Source: Gemmatimonadaceae bacterium (GTDB taxonomy: Bacteria > Gemmatimonadota > Gemmatimonadetes > Gemmatimonadales > Gemmatimonadaceae). From it: DNA of 24,713 bases. The notes beneath the pieces were generated by a model. That model was not told the DNA's origin. It ran no database searches and worked only from the letters and a program-made list of their open reading frames with translations. The DNA lies in NCBI GenBank assembly GCA_025936015.1, contig JAICUE010000001.1:1-24713 (forward strand). Direction: 5' to 3'. A program made the position numbers and the translations under genes. How positions within the stretch are numbered: position 1 is the stretch's first letter; each line of letters begins with the position of its first letter. Of the stretch, positions 1-8,196 are shown piece after piece.

Positions 1-296
1 ACAGGCTGCGCGACGCGGTTGAGTGAGACCCCATAGCGGAAGCTGTCCGACAGGCCATGCGGATCATCGGTGTCGACGAGGCGCATCAGGGTCGGCGTAT
101 CACCAGCGAGATCGACGATCACGACACGCCGCGCGGCCGATTGCACCTCGCCGATGCCGAGTGCGACCGCGGCGGCGTCGTCAGGCCAATTTGCGACGAC
201 GACGATGGCGTGTCGCGCGTCGAGCGCCGCGCCGACGCGGCGCCCCTCGCTTACGAGCTTCGCGGCGCCGGGACGTGATTCGTCGACGAGCGTCAC
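1..296 (-). CDS. Partial gene (runs off the left edge), not in the ORF track; N-terminus resembles a degenerate MinD/ParA/BY-kinase-like fold
   Basis: GTG at 296 overlaps the TGA of the SPOR gene (GTGA). The frame is open to the window edge: MTLVDESRPGAAKLVSEGRRVGAALDARHAIVVVANWPDDAAAVALGIGEVQSAARRVVIVDLAGDTPTLMRLVDTDDPHGLSDSFRYGVSLNRVAQP. Codon usage is typical of the window. Confidence 0.75.
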   Translation of the reverse strand, partial: MTLVDESRPGAAKLVSEGRRVGAALDARHAIVVVANWPDDAAAVALGIGEVQSAARRVVIVDLAGDTPTLMRLVDTDDPHGLSDSFRYGVSLNRVAQP

Positions 297-1798
297 TGCG
301 CCTCGTAGATCCAGAAGGGGCGCGCGGCCATCGACCCCGCACGTTCCGCCGCGGCCCGCGTGGCGTAGGGCCCGAGCACGACGCGGTACATCGTCCGCCC
401 GGCGAGCGGAAACGTCGCGACGTGCGCGGGCAGTCCATCCACGTTCACGGTGGCTGCGTCCGTCTTTGCCTGCGCATCGCTCGTATGGGTAGCAAGCGAG
501 ACGAAGAAGCCGCGACTCGGGGCAGGGGGTGCGACCGGCTGTGCAGCGGGAGTGGGGGGCCGCGCCGTGTCGACGCGGGCCCCGATGAACGCGCCGGCCG
601 GGTCGACGACTGTATCGTTAGGCGGAGCTGGTCCGCTGACGGTGTCGGCCGGTGCGCTGTCGAAGTGGACGGGCGTATCGAGCGACGCGTCGCGCGGGCG
701 AAAGCCGTTCCACGAGACCAGCGCCCAGAAATCCTTCGCGCCGTCCTTGACCGTCTGCCCGGATTGGAAGGTGTCGCCGTCGACGAAGCGGACATCGTTC
801 CCCGCCGCGAGCGCGATCTTCCCGTCCGGTGCGACGAACGGCAGGTCGCTCCGCCATGCGGTCGCGACCGCGCCGAGCACGCGCTGCGACCCGACGGCGA
901 TCACCCATGCAGAGTCGCCGTCCGCTGGCCGAGCGAGCAGGTAGCGACCGAGTGGATCCATCCGGAGCGCAATCGCCTGACCCGGAAGCGCGACGACGTC
1001 GCCGCTCCCGCCGGTGTAGCGATCGAGCACACGCAGCTCCTTCTGGCCTCGCAGCAGCGTGTAGAGGCGATCGCCGCTCGGCGTCGGCGCGATGGCGACG
1101 ATCGTGGTATCGACAGTCACGACCGGCGTCGGCGCGAGATCGCGCCCGCGCACCGCGGCGATCGACGAGTCGTGCACGAGGACGACGCGATCGCCAGCCT
1201 GGACCGGGCGCGCCTTCGCGAAGCCGGCGACCACCGCGCTGTCGACGATGCGCGTGTCGGGGGGCCAGAGGTGCCAGAGCACCGAGTTGTTCCCACGGTC
1301 GGCGACGACGACGATCGAGCCATCGCCCTGCGGCATCAGCTCCCGGGCCCGGAGCGGCGCCTTGTAGCTCCATCGTCCCGTGGGGGTGAAGCGCGCTACG
1401 GTGCCGCTGTCGGTCACCCCGTAGACGGATTTGCCGTCGGAGGAGACGAGCGAGAGCAGCTTCGGCTTGCGCGTCGATGTAACGTCGCCCGCCCGGAGAT
1501 TCACCCGCACGAACGCGCCCTTGCTGTCGGCGAAAACCAGCTGCCCGGCATCCTCGTCGAAGGCGAGCATGTGGTCGGGCGCCGGTGCCTTCTCGCTCGA
1601 CGTCCAGACCGCCGAATCGACGTTCGGGTAGAGATAGGCGCGCGCGATCCCGCCGCCGCGCGCGATGCGCAGAACGACGGGGTCCGGGCCAGTGGCGCGG
1701 GTCAGTGAGGGGGTGGCCTCGTGCGTGGCGGGGTCATCCGGACGGTCCGAACGACCGCAGGCGACGAGCACGAGTGCCAACGCGAGCAGCGTGCGCAC
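293..1798 (-). CDS. Predicted lipoprotein with beta-propeller-like region, Pro-rich linker and C-terminal SPOR domain
   Basis: Signal peptide with lipobox LVAC, repeated beta-strand blades, a Pro/Ala-rich linker, and a SPOR-like C-terminus (FFVSLAT...YRVVLGPYATRAAAE). Confidence 0.8.
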   Translation of the reverse strand: MRTLLALALVLVACGRSDRPDDPATHEATPSLTRATGPDPVVLRIARGGGIARAYLYPNVDSAVWTSSEKAPAPDHMLAFDEDAGQLVFADSKGAFVRVNLRAGDVTSTRKPKLLSLVSSDGKSVYGVTDSGTVARFTPTGRWSYKAPLRARELMPQGDGSIVVVADRGNNSVLWHLWPPDTRIVDSAVVAGFAKARPVQAGDRVVLVHDSSIAAVRGRDLAPTPVVTVDTTIVAIAPTPSGDRLYTLLRGQKELRVLDRYTGGSGDVVALPGQAIALRMDPLGRYLLARPADGDSAWVIAVGSQRVLGAVATAWRSDLPFVAPDGKIALAAGNDVRFVDGDTFQSGQTVKDGAKDFWALVSWNGFRPRDASLDTPVHFDSAPADTVSGPAPPNDTVVDPAGAFIGARVDTARPPTPAAQPVAPPAPSRGFFVSLATHTSDAQAKTDAATVNVDGLPAHVATFPLAGRTMYRVVLGPYATRAAAERAGSMAARPFWIYEAQ

Positions 1799-1804
1799 GG
1801 ACAG

Positions 1805-1833
1805 AAGCTATCCGCTCAGCAGAGTGTGAACAA
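1805..1833 (-). promoter_or_regulatory. Sigma70-type promoter of the SPOR gene, positioned for a leaderless mRNA
   Basis: TTGTTC(1833-1828)-N17-TAGCTT(1810-1805), followed by 6 nt and then the GTG start at 1798. No Shine-Dalgarno sequence. Confidence 0.6.
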
Positions 1834-1846
1834 GCAGCCCAGCGGG

Positions 1847-1887
1847 AAAAACAACACCCCGGCGGCCGTTCATGGCCGCCGGGGTGT
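1847..1887 (-). terminator. Intrinsic terminator after the rsfS-Omp85 unit
   Basis: Perfect 14-bp stem (ACACCCCGGCGGCC 1854-1867 / GGCCGCCGGGGTGT 1874-1887) with a 6-nt loop, followed by TGTTTTT on the minus strand. Confidence 0.85.
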
Positions 1888-1934
1888 CATCGCCCCCGAA
1901 GCGTTCGCGCGCAGCGCGCGCACGCTGCGTCAGT

Positions 1935-4900
1935 TCAGAAGTTCGGGCCGATCGAGAAGACCCACAATGGCTTGTGGTCGATACTCACCGGCTTCGCATA
2001 ATCCCAGCGGAGCACCGCGTAGTTGAACAGGTTGACGCGCACCCCCACGCCGTAGCTGCGGTACGGATAACGAACGTTCGGGTTCGCCTGCGGATCCTTC
2101 GGCGCGCGCAGTTGCAGCGTGTTCTCCGCGCTCCAGGCGACGCCAGCGTCGTAAAAGAACGCGCCCTCGACGGGCGGCAGCGCGATCGGGAGGATGCCCA
2201 GCTCGAGCCGGTTGATCACCGGGAAACGCAGCTCGGCGTTGGCGACGGCGATGCGGCTGCCGAGCAGGCTCTGCGTGTTGCAGTTCGTCGTCACCGAACC
2301 GAATGCACCGCAGCTGTACGAGTAGAAGTTCTGTCGATCGTAGCCGCGGACATACTGCGGCAGGCCGATGTACTTGTACGCGAAGTGCTCATCGCGGCCG
2401 ACGGTGACGTCGGTCATGAACCGGGTCGCGACCGTCAGGAAGTTGAAGAGGATCGGATCATAACGGCGGTAGTCGGCGAGGTAGTCGATCCACTGCCAGC
2501 TGCCGAGCTGCGGCTGGACCTGGAAGCGATAGCGCCGGCCGGAGATCGGCCCGACGTAGCCCCAGAGCGCATTGTCCGAGACCCACGCGACGTTCGCCGA
2601 GTAGTTGTTGATCCCCGGCTGGTTGCGGATGTCGTCGAGATAGAAGCCGCTCGACGCCTGCTGCGTGTAGTCGATGAACCGATGCACGAACAGCGTCTGG
2701 CGATCGATGTTGCTGAATCCCGCGCCGAACTCGAAGCGCGTGAACCGGTTCACCGGATACATCCCGACGCCGAATGCCTCGCGGAAGATGTAGCGCGTGA
2801 TCTCCTGCTCCTCCGCCTGGATCGATCCGTCGTCGCTCGCGTCAACGAGTTGATCCCCGGTGAGGAAGTAGTACGGCTCCTGCGAGACGCCGGTCACGTA
2901 CTGGATTCGATGCCCGTAGTTCGCGTACGCGGTGTAGAGCTGCGCGTCGCTGAACCTCCCGTTTACCGCGGCGGCGAGCGCCAGTCGGTTGTTGCCGAGG
3001 AGGTCGCTGAGGATGATGGTCGTCCCGCCGAACACGCCGCGGCCGTAGTTGTCCTGCGCGTAGCCGACACTCGGCCGCGCAATGTAGTCCGGCTGGAAGC
3101 GGACCTTGTAGTCGCTGATCTTGAATGTGGCGGTGTCGGGCAGCGCGAGGTTCGCGCTGTCGAGAATCTGCGCCACCGTGATCGGGCGCCTGACGGTTTC
3201 GGCAGCGCCCGCGGCGACGGTCCCCGACGCGCGGAAGGTCGAGTTGCCGGACCGGTATGTCGAGACTCGCGACGCGACAGGCGTCGTGTCGAGTGCGGGC
3301 GACGCGGCGACCACATGCATCGAATCGCGTTGCGCGTTGAAGATCGGACCGGCGACCGGAGCCTGCTCGACGTATGGTTCGCGCTTCATCGCCCGGGGGT
3401 TGTTCATCCCCCAGATCGTGTAATCGCCGTCTTCGTAATACGTGAACGCGATCTTGTCCGCGCCACGCGCCCAGGTGATTGCCGGGCTGTACTCGGTGAA
3501 CGCGTTGATCGCGCTGATCACGTTCGTCAGCTGGTAGTGCTGCCGCGCCTCGAAATCGTAGAGGAACAGGTTCGAGATCCCGGTGCGATCCGAGAGGAAG
3601 ATCAGCGACTTCCCATCGGGCGCCCACTGCGGATTGAGGTTCAGTCCCGCCTGGCCGGGAATCACCGACACCTGCATCGACGCGAGATCGAGCAGGGTGA
3701 TTCGCCACTTGTTGAAGCGGAGCAGGTCGAAGTCCGTCTCGTCGCCGCGGTCGCTGACGAATGCGATCGTCTTGCCGTCCGGCGACCACTGCGGCTGGAG
3801 ATCGCCATAACGGTCCGCCGTCAGGCGGCGGAGGTTCTTGCCATCCGCGTCGACCATGTACAGGTCGGTGATCCCGCCCTCGTCCGCGCTGACGACGAGC
3901 CGCTTGCCGTCAGGCGACCACGATGGGCTGGTGACCCCTTCGATCCCCGGCAGCGAAAAGCGCCTGACCACACGCCGCTTCTTCACGTCGAGGATGTAGA
4001 GGACGTCCTTTCCTGCCCGCTGCGCGGTGAATGCGAGCTGGCGGCCGTCGGGAGAGAAGGAGCTCTGCGAATAGGCCATTCGCAGCTCCTCGAAATTCGG
4101 ATCGGTGGTGCTCTTCACGAGCCGCTTGATACGCTTGCCCGTCTGCGCGTCGGCGAGCCAGAGGTCGATGAACACCTGGCCGCGGAGGAAGCTGCCATTC
4201 GAGAGGAAGGCAATGCGCTTTCCGTCCGGGGAGAGCGCGGGCGCGACGAACACCTGGCCGCCGGTCTTTTTCTCGTTGAGGACCGGTTGGGCGAACCGGC
4301 GCGGCCGATCGAGCTGGGTGATGCCCGGGAGGAAGCGATCCTGCAGCGACTCCTTCCACTCCTGGCTCAGGTCGTCGAGGGAGAGACCGAGCTCGCGCTT
4401 GATCGCGCGCTCGTAGCCGACGTTAGGCGAGGCGCGCAGGATCTGGCCGATCGTCTCGTCACCCCAGCGCGCGCCGATGTACGCCCACAGCGACTCGCCG
4501 AAACGGTACGGGAAGTACCGGTCCGGCCGCTGCGTCATCTGCTCGATGCTCGGGATGTTTCCATTGAGCGCGGCGTCGCGCATCCACGAGTCGGTGAACG
4601 GATGATCGGGACCGATCGACAGGTACTCCGCCATTCCTTCGGCGAACCAGTCTGGCATCGGGTTCTGCGACAGTGCCTGCAGGCCGCCGCCCGCCTTGCC
4701 GCGGGCGAAGATGTCGTACTGGAACTCGTGCGTGAGCTCGTGCGTGAGCACGTGCTCGAAGCTCTTGTAGTCGCCGGTGAAGGGCAGGATGACTCGGTGG
4801 CGAAGCGGCTCGGTGACGCCGCCAACGCCTTCGCCCAGATCGCCCGTGACGTTGTTCTGCCCGAAGTCCGATCGCGAGGCGAAGAGCACGATCGGCTTCT

Positions 4901-5168
4901 TCTCGCGGAACTGATACCCGAGGACGCGCGACAGGCGCGCATACGCACGCTCCGCCATGCGAGCGGCGTCATAGACCGCCGTCTGCTCGCTCGGATAGTA
5001 GTGAATCAGGAAGTGCTCCGTCTCCATGACCTTCCAGTCGAAATGATCGTACTGGACCTGGTTCATGCCGAAGTATTCCTGTGCCTGCGCCGCGGGGGCG
5101 CTGAGCAGCAGACCAAGAGCGCCCGCACTGAGTGCGAGCGCGATGGGCATGCGGGAACGGGATGTCAC
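1935..5168 (-). CDS. Secreted fusion: zinc-peptidase-like domain + PD40/TolB-like beta-propeller + Omp85/BamA-type beta-barrel
   Basis: Start reassigned to GTG 5168 (AAGGAGG 6 nt upstream, GTGA overlap with the rsfS stop); ATG 5150 is an alternative. Signal peptide ending AQA, HELTH plus WFAEGMAEY, repeated PxxSPDG/WAPDG motifs, VRGY motif and C-terminal Phe. Confidence 0.85.
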   Translation of the reverse strand: MTSRSRMPIALALSAGALGLLLSAPAAQAQEYFGMNQVQYDHFDWKVMETEHFLIHYYPSEQTAVYDAARMAERAYARLSRVLGYQFREKKPIVLFASRSDFGQNNVTGDLGEGVGGVTEPLRHRVILPFTGDYKSFEHVLTHELTHEFQYDIFARGKAGGGLQALSQNPMPDWFAEGMAEYLSIGPDHPFTDSWMRDAALNGNIPSIEQMTQRPDRYFPYRFGESLWAYIGARWGDETIGQILRASPNVGYERAIKRELGLSLDDLSQEWKESLQDRFLPGITQLDRPRRFAQPVLNEKKTGGQVFVAPALSPDGKRIAFLSNGSFLRGQVFIDLWLADAQTGKRIKRLVKSTTDPNFEELRMAYSQSSFSPDGRQLAFTAQRAGKDVLYILDVKKRRVVRRFSLPGIEGVTSPSWSPDGKRLVVSADEGGITDLYMVDADGKNLRRLTADRYGDLQPQWSPDGKTIAFVSDRGDETDFDLLRFNKWRITLLDLASMQVSVIPGQAGLNLNPQWAPDGKSLIFLSDRTGISNLFLYDFEARQHYQLTNVISAINAFTEYSPAITWARGADKIAFTYYEDGDYTIWGMNNPRAMKREPYVEQAPVAGPIFNAQRDSMHVVAASPALDTTPVASRVSTYRSGNSTFRASGTVAAGAAETVRRPITVAQILDSANLALPDTATFKISDYKVRFQPDYIARPSVGYAQDNYGRGVFGGTTIILSDLLGNNRLALAAAVNGRFSDAQLYTAYANYGHRIQYVTGVSQEPYYFLTGDQLVDASDDGSIQAEEQEITRYIFREAFGVGMYPVNRFTRFEFGAGFSNIDRQTLFVHRFIDYTQQASSGFYLDDIRNQPGINNYSANVAWVSDNALWGYVGPISGRRYRFQVQPQLGSWQWIDYLADYRRYDPILFNFLTVATRFMTDVTVGRDEHFAYKYIGLPQYVRGYDRQNFYSYSCGAFGSVTTNCNTQSLLGSRIAVANAELRFPVINRLELGILPIALPPVEGAFFYDAGVAWSAENTLQLRAPKDPQANPNVRYPYRSYGVGVRVNLFNYAVLRWDYAKPVSIDHKPLWVFSIGPNF

Positions 5169-5545
5169 GGAGCGCCTCCTTGGGCTTCCACCGGAATCAC
5201 TTCCGCGTCTCCCCACAGTCGCTCGAGCTGGTAGAAATTCCGCAGCGACGGGTGGAAGACGTGTACAACGAAATCGAAATAGTCGAGAAGCGCCCAGCGT
5301 CCCTGGGTCAGCCCTTCGGCGTGTTGTACGGAAGTCCCCTCCTTTTTCAGCTCGACCGTGACATGGTCGGCGATGGAGCGGACATGGGTGTCCGACGTCC
5401 CGCTCGCGATGACGAAGAAATCGGCGACATCCGACACGCCCTTGAGCGAGAGGATGACGACGTCGTTCGCCTTGAGGTCGAGACAGATCGCGGCCGCGCG
5501 CTGCGCCAGCGCGGCAGAGGCGGGAAGTGCGGTACCGGTTGCCAT
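5165..5545 (-). CDS. rsfS: Ribosome silencing factor RsfS (Iojap)
   Basis: DLKANDVVIL...DFFVIASGTSDTHVRSIAD...WALLDY...VVHVF...FYQLERLW. Start taken as ATG 5545, not 5677. Confidence 0.95.
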   Translation of the reverse strand: MATGTALPASAALAQRAAAICLDLKANDVVILSLKGVSDVADFFVIASGTSDTHVRSIADHVTVELKKEGTSVQHAEGLTQGRWALLDYFDFVVHVFHPSLRNFYQLERLWGDAEVIPVEAQGGAP

Positions 5546-5718
5546 GAATGCAGAGACGAGTGGGTACTGTCGAGTAGCTACGCTACAACTCCGGACGCGC
5601 CCCAATGTTCCGTCCGGACCAACCCGACGCAACGCGAGGACCCGCCCTGCGAGCGGAGGGCGTTGACGCGGCGGCAAGTTGCAGGGAGCGCGCCAACTGA
5701 CACCAGTGGCTGTAACCG

Positions 5719-5780
5719 GTAAGCAGCAAGCGGACGGTGTCGAAGGTGCGCACCTCCAACGCCGTCCGCTGCCTGCTTAC
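5719..5780. repeat. Long imperfect inverted repeat with a central 12-bp palindrome, flanked by heptamer repeats
   Basis: GTAAGCAG 5719-5726 pairs with CTGCTTAC 5773-5780; AGCGGACGG 5729-5737 pairs with CCGTCCGCT 5762-5770; centre AGGTGCGCACCT 5744-5755. GCTTACT/GCTTATC/GCTTATC run from 5775 to 5795. Confidence 0.8.
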
Positions 5781-5833
5781 TGCTTATCGCTTATCGCCGT
5801 ACCGGGATATGACCCGGCATACGCGCGACTGCT

Positions 5834-6277
5834 TCAGCCCTTGATCACCCACACCCGAACTTCCGGCTTCACGTCGGCGTGCAGCCGAACCGGGACGCGA
5901 TAGACGCCAAGCGCCTTGATCGGCTCGTGCAGATCGATCTGGCGCTTCTCGACGTGGATCCCCTGCTTCTCGAGCTCGTGGGCGATGTCGGCGGTCGTGA
6001 CGGAGCCGAACAGCTTGCCCTCTTCGCCAACGCGGGCGGAGAAGGTCAGCGAGACCTGCTCGATCTTCGCCGCGAGCTCCTGCGCCGAGCCGCGACGCTC
6101 ACCCTCGGCGGCCTCGAGGCGGGCGCGCTCCTGCTCGAGGCGCTTCTTGTTGCCCGGCGTCGCCTCGTAGGCGATGCCGCGGGGGAGAAGAAAGTTGCGG
6201 GCGTAGCCCGCCGAGACCTTCACGATGTCGCCAGTATGGCCGAGCGTATCGACCGCCTGTCGCAGAATGACTTCCAT
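5834..6277 (-). CDS. rplI: 50S ribosomal protein L9
   Basis: MEVILRQAVDTLGHTGDIVKVSAGYARNFLLPRG...GKLFGSVT; GGAG Shine-Dalgarno. Confidence 0.98.
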   Translation of the reverse strand: MEVILRQAVDTLGHTGDIVKVSAGYARNFLLPRGIAYEATPGNKKRLEQERARLEAAEGERRGSAQELAAKIEQVSLTFSARVGEEGKLFGSVTTADIAHELEKQGIHVEKRQIDLHEPIKALGVYRVPVRLHADVKPEVRVWVIKG

Positions 6278-6301
6278 GGGAAACTCCGAGCGTTGCGAGT
6301 G

Positions 6302-7396
6302 TTACTGAACCGGACGCGCCAGGCGGCGCCAATCGAACCAGGTGTCGGCGAGGCCGAGGAGCCCCGCCGCCGTAACGAGCGACAGCAAGCCCGACGTCGC
6401 GATGGTCTGCAGCATCGGGATCTGGGCGAGCAACACCGACAGCCCGACGAGAATCCACACGGTGCGCTGCGACAGCACCCATGAGATCACGCCGAGGCCG
6501 CGCAGTGCATAGAGCGAGAGAAAGAAGACGACGAGGTTGATGCCGAACGAATGCAGCATCCCGAACGCCGCGGCTCGCGCGGGCGCGACGGTCGGCAGGA
6601 GGAGCACCGTCAACCCGACGATGAGCCCCCACACCAGCTGGTCGTTGAAGCGGAACTCGCGGAGCGGAGCGACCGGTGGGCCGATCCGCGTCCGCGCCAA
6701 TCGGTGGTACAGCGCCCACGCCAGCGCGAGCGCGGCGAGCGATTGCAGCGCGAGCAGGGCGGGGAACGCGGTCGCGCCACCCTTCGAGACGGCGGTGAGC
6801 GCCTTCGAGAAATCATCCACCGGCGAGCGCCCCGCCGGGTACTGGCTGACGATCCGCGCCCAGGCCTCGGGCTCGGCGGTCGCCCAGCTGTCGAGCATCG
6901 CGCTCACCGATGCGTTCCGGGTGCGGAGCTCGCCGGCCACCACGTCACCGACCACGCTGGTCGGCGCCCGGAGCGCGGTGGTGATGCCTAACGCGGCGAC
7001 GAGCGTCATCGCCACCGCCGACAGCGCGCGGGCGAACAGCGGGCGGCGCGTATCGACGAACGCGAGGACGCCGAACGCTCCCGCGAGGATGATCGACCAC
7101 GCGCGCAGCAGCGTGCCGTAGGCGCCCCACGTCCCGCTCCGCGCGCCGGCGAAGAGCGTGAACGCGGCGATCGCGATCCAGAACACTGCGAGCGACGCCC
7201 GCCCGCCGGCCCACCAGCCGAGCAGCGTGCAGGTGGCGAGCGCGGGAACGAGGAGCAGCCACCCCTCGGTCACCGGCAGCAGTGCGCCCGCGACGGGAAT
7301 CGCGGGAACGAGCAGGAACGCCGCGAGAGCGAGGAGGACACCAGCCCATCCGTGCTCGCGCGGCGCCGCCTGAACGTTAGGCGCTGCGTCGGTCAT
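6302..7396 (-). CDS. Multi-pass membrane protein, DUF2232/YybS-like
   Basis: Many hydrophobic segments, motifs LREFRFNDQLVWGL and LGLADTWFDWR, and the usual position between rpsR and rplI. Confidence 0.8.
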   Translation of the reverse strand: MTDAAPNVQAAPREHGWAGVLLALAAFLLVPAIPVAGALLPVTEGWLLLVPALATCTLLGWWAGGRASLAVFWIAIAAFTLFAGARSGTWGAYGTLLRAWSIILAGAFGVLAFVDTRRPLFARALSAVAMTLVAALGITTALRAPTSVVGDVVAGELRTRNASVSAMLDSWATAEPEAWARIVSQYPAGRSPVDDFSKALTAVSKGGATAFPALLALQSLAALALAWALYHRLARTRIGPPVAPLREFRFNDQLVWGLIVGLTVLLLPTVAPARAAAFGMLHSFGINLVVFFLSLYALRGLGVISWVLSQRTVWILVGLSVLLAQIPMLQTIATSGLLSLVTAAGLLGLADTWFDWRRLARPVQ

Positions 7397-7417
7397 CTGG
7401 TCGACGTATCCGCCGGC

Positions 7418-7648
7418 TCAGCCCTGGTGTCCCTTGATGTACGGGACGAGGGCGAGGTAGCGCGCCCGCTTCACGGCGGTCGCGAGCTGGCGCTGGTGAC
7501 GGGCGCAGACGCCGCTCAACCGGCTGGGAAGGATCTTCCCCTGCTCGGTGATGAAGCGGCCTAACGTCCGATCGTCCTTGTAGTCGACGTGGCGCACGCG
7601 TGTCTCGCAGAAGGGACACGTCTTGGTGGGACGGCGCATCATCTTCAT
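7418..7648 (-). CDS. rpsR: 30S ribosomal protein S18
   Basis: CPFC...VDYKD...[39 protein letters not shown] (Cys-retaining form). ATGA overlap with rpsF; the start could instead be 7642 or 7639. Confidence 0.97.
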   Translation of the reverse strand: MKMMRRPTKTCPFCETRVRHVDYKDDRTLGRFITEQGKILPSRLSGVCARHQRQLATAVKRARYLALVPYIKGHQG

Positions 7649-8010
7649 TCTTCTTCGTCCTCGTCTTCTTCACGGCGCTTCGCGGCCGCGGCCTGCTCCT
7701 CGGGAGTCATCGGCGGTGCGCCGAGCTCGTGCTCGTGGAGCGTGATGAGATGGCGGATGACGCCGTCGTCGAGGCGGATCGCGCGCTCGTACTCGGGCAG
7801 TCCCGCGGCCTCGGCCTCGAAGCGGGCGACGGCGTAGTAGCCCGTCTCCTTCGTGCCGATCTTGTAGGCGAGCTGGCGCCGGCCCCAGGCATCGACGGTG
7901 ACGTCACCCGTCGCGCCGATGAGGGCGTGGAAGCGTTCCAGCTTTTCAGTGATGGCGGAGTCTTCGAGTGCAGAATCGAAGACATACACCGCCTCGTATT
8001 GGCGGCTCAT
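7645..8010 (-). CDS. rpsF: 30S ribosomal protein S6
   Basis: [11 protein letters not shown]...[10 protein letters not shown]...GYY...VIRHLI; GGGAGG Shine-Dalgarno. Confidence 0.97.
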   Translation of the reverse strand: MSRQYEAVYVFDSALEDSAITEKLERFHALIGATGDVTVDAWGRRQLAYKIGTKETGYYAVARFEAEAAGLPEYERAIRLDDGVIRHLITLHEHELGAPPMTPEEQAAAAKRREEDEDEEE

Positions 8011-8075
8011 GTCGTGGCAATCCTCCCTGTGGTCATGGCATGCCCCCCGCTGGTTGCCGGAGCGGGAGGAGAGGT
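8011..8075 (-). ncRNA. Putative S6:S18 autoregulatory leader
   Basis: On the minus strand, UCCUCCC (8070-8064) is complementary to the SD GGGAGGA (8027-8021). Inner hairpin CCCGCU/AGCGGG (8066-8061 with 8051-8046), and CCA (8038-8036) followed by UGACCACAGGGAGG. Confidence 0.65.
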
Positions 8076-8121
8076 CTGGCGCGAGCGGGGTGCTCGTGCG
8101 CCGAACTTCAATTGTCCGGTG

Positions 8122-8150
8122 AATCTACCCGGACGGGGAGGGTTTTACAA
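8122..8150 (-). promoter_or_regulatory. Sigma70-type promoter of the rpsF operon
   Basis: TTGTAA(8150-8145)-N17-TAGATT(8127-8122). Confidence 0.75.
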
Positions 8151-8196
8151 GGCGAGCGGCGCGCGCACCGCTCACACCCGGCGCATCCCGGGCGAG

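Noticed and set aside
1872-5234. 1120-aa plus-strand ORF, and other long antisense ORFs (23..1708, 5879..6484, 12800..13732, 13843..14784, 15713..16762, 17631..18566, 20811..21824, 21545..22927)
   Set aside because: Each lies opposite a clearly recognisable gene, is Arg/Ala-rich and has no motif. They are shadow ORFs expected from high GC and strong codon bias.
7640-7650. Absence of ssb/priB between rpsF and rpsR
   Set aside because: Direct rpsF-rpsR adjacency is common in several phyla and is not unusual.
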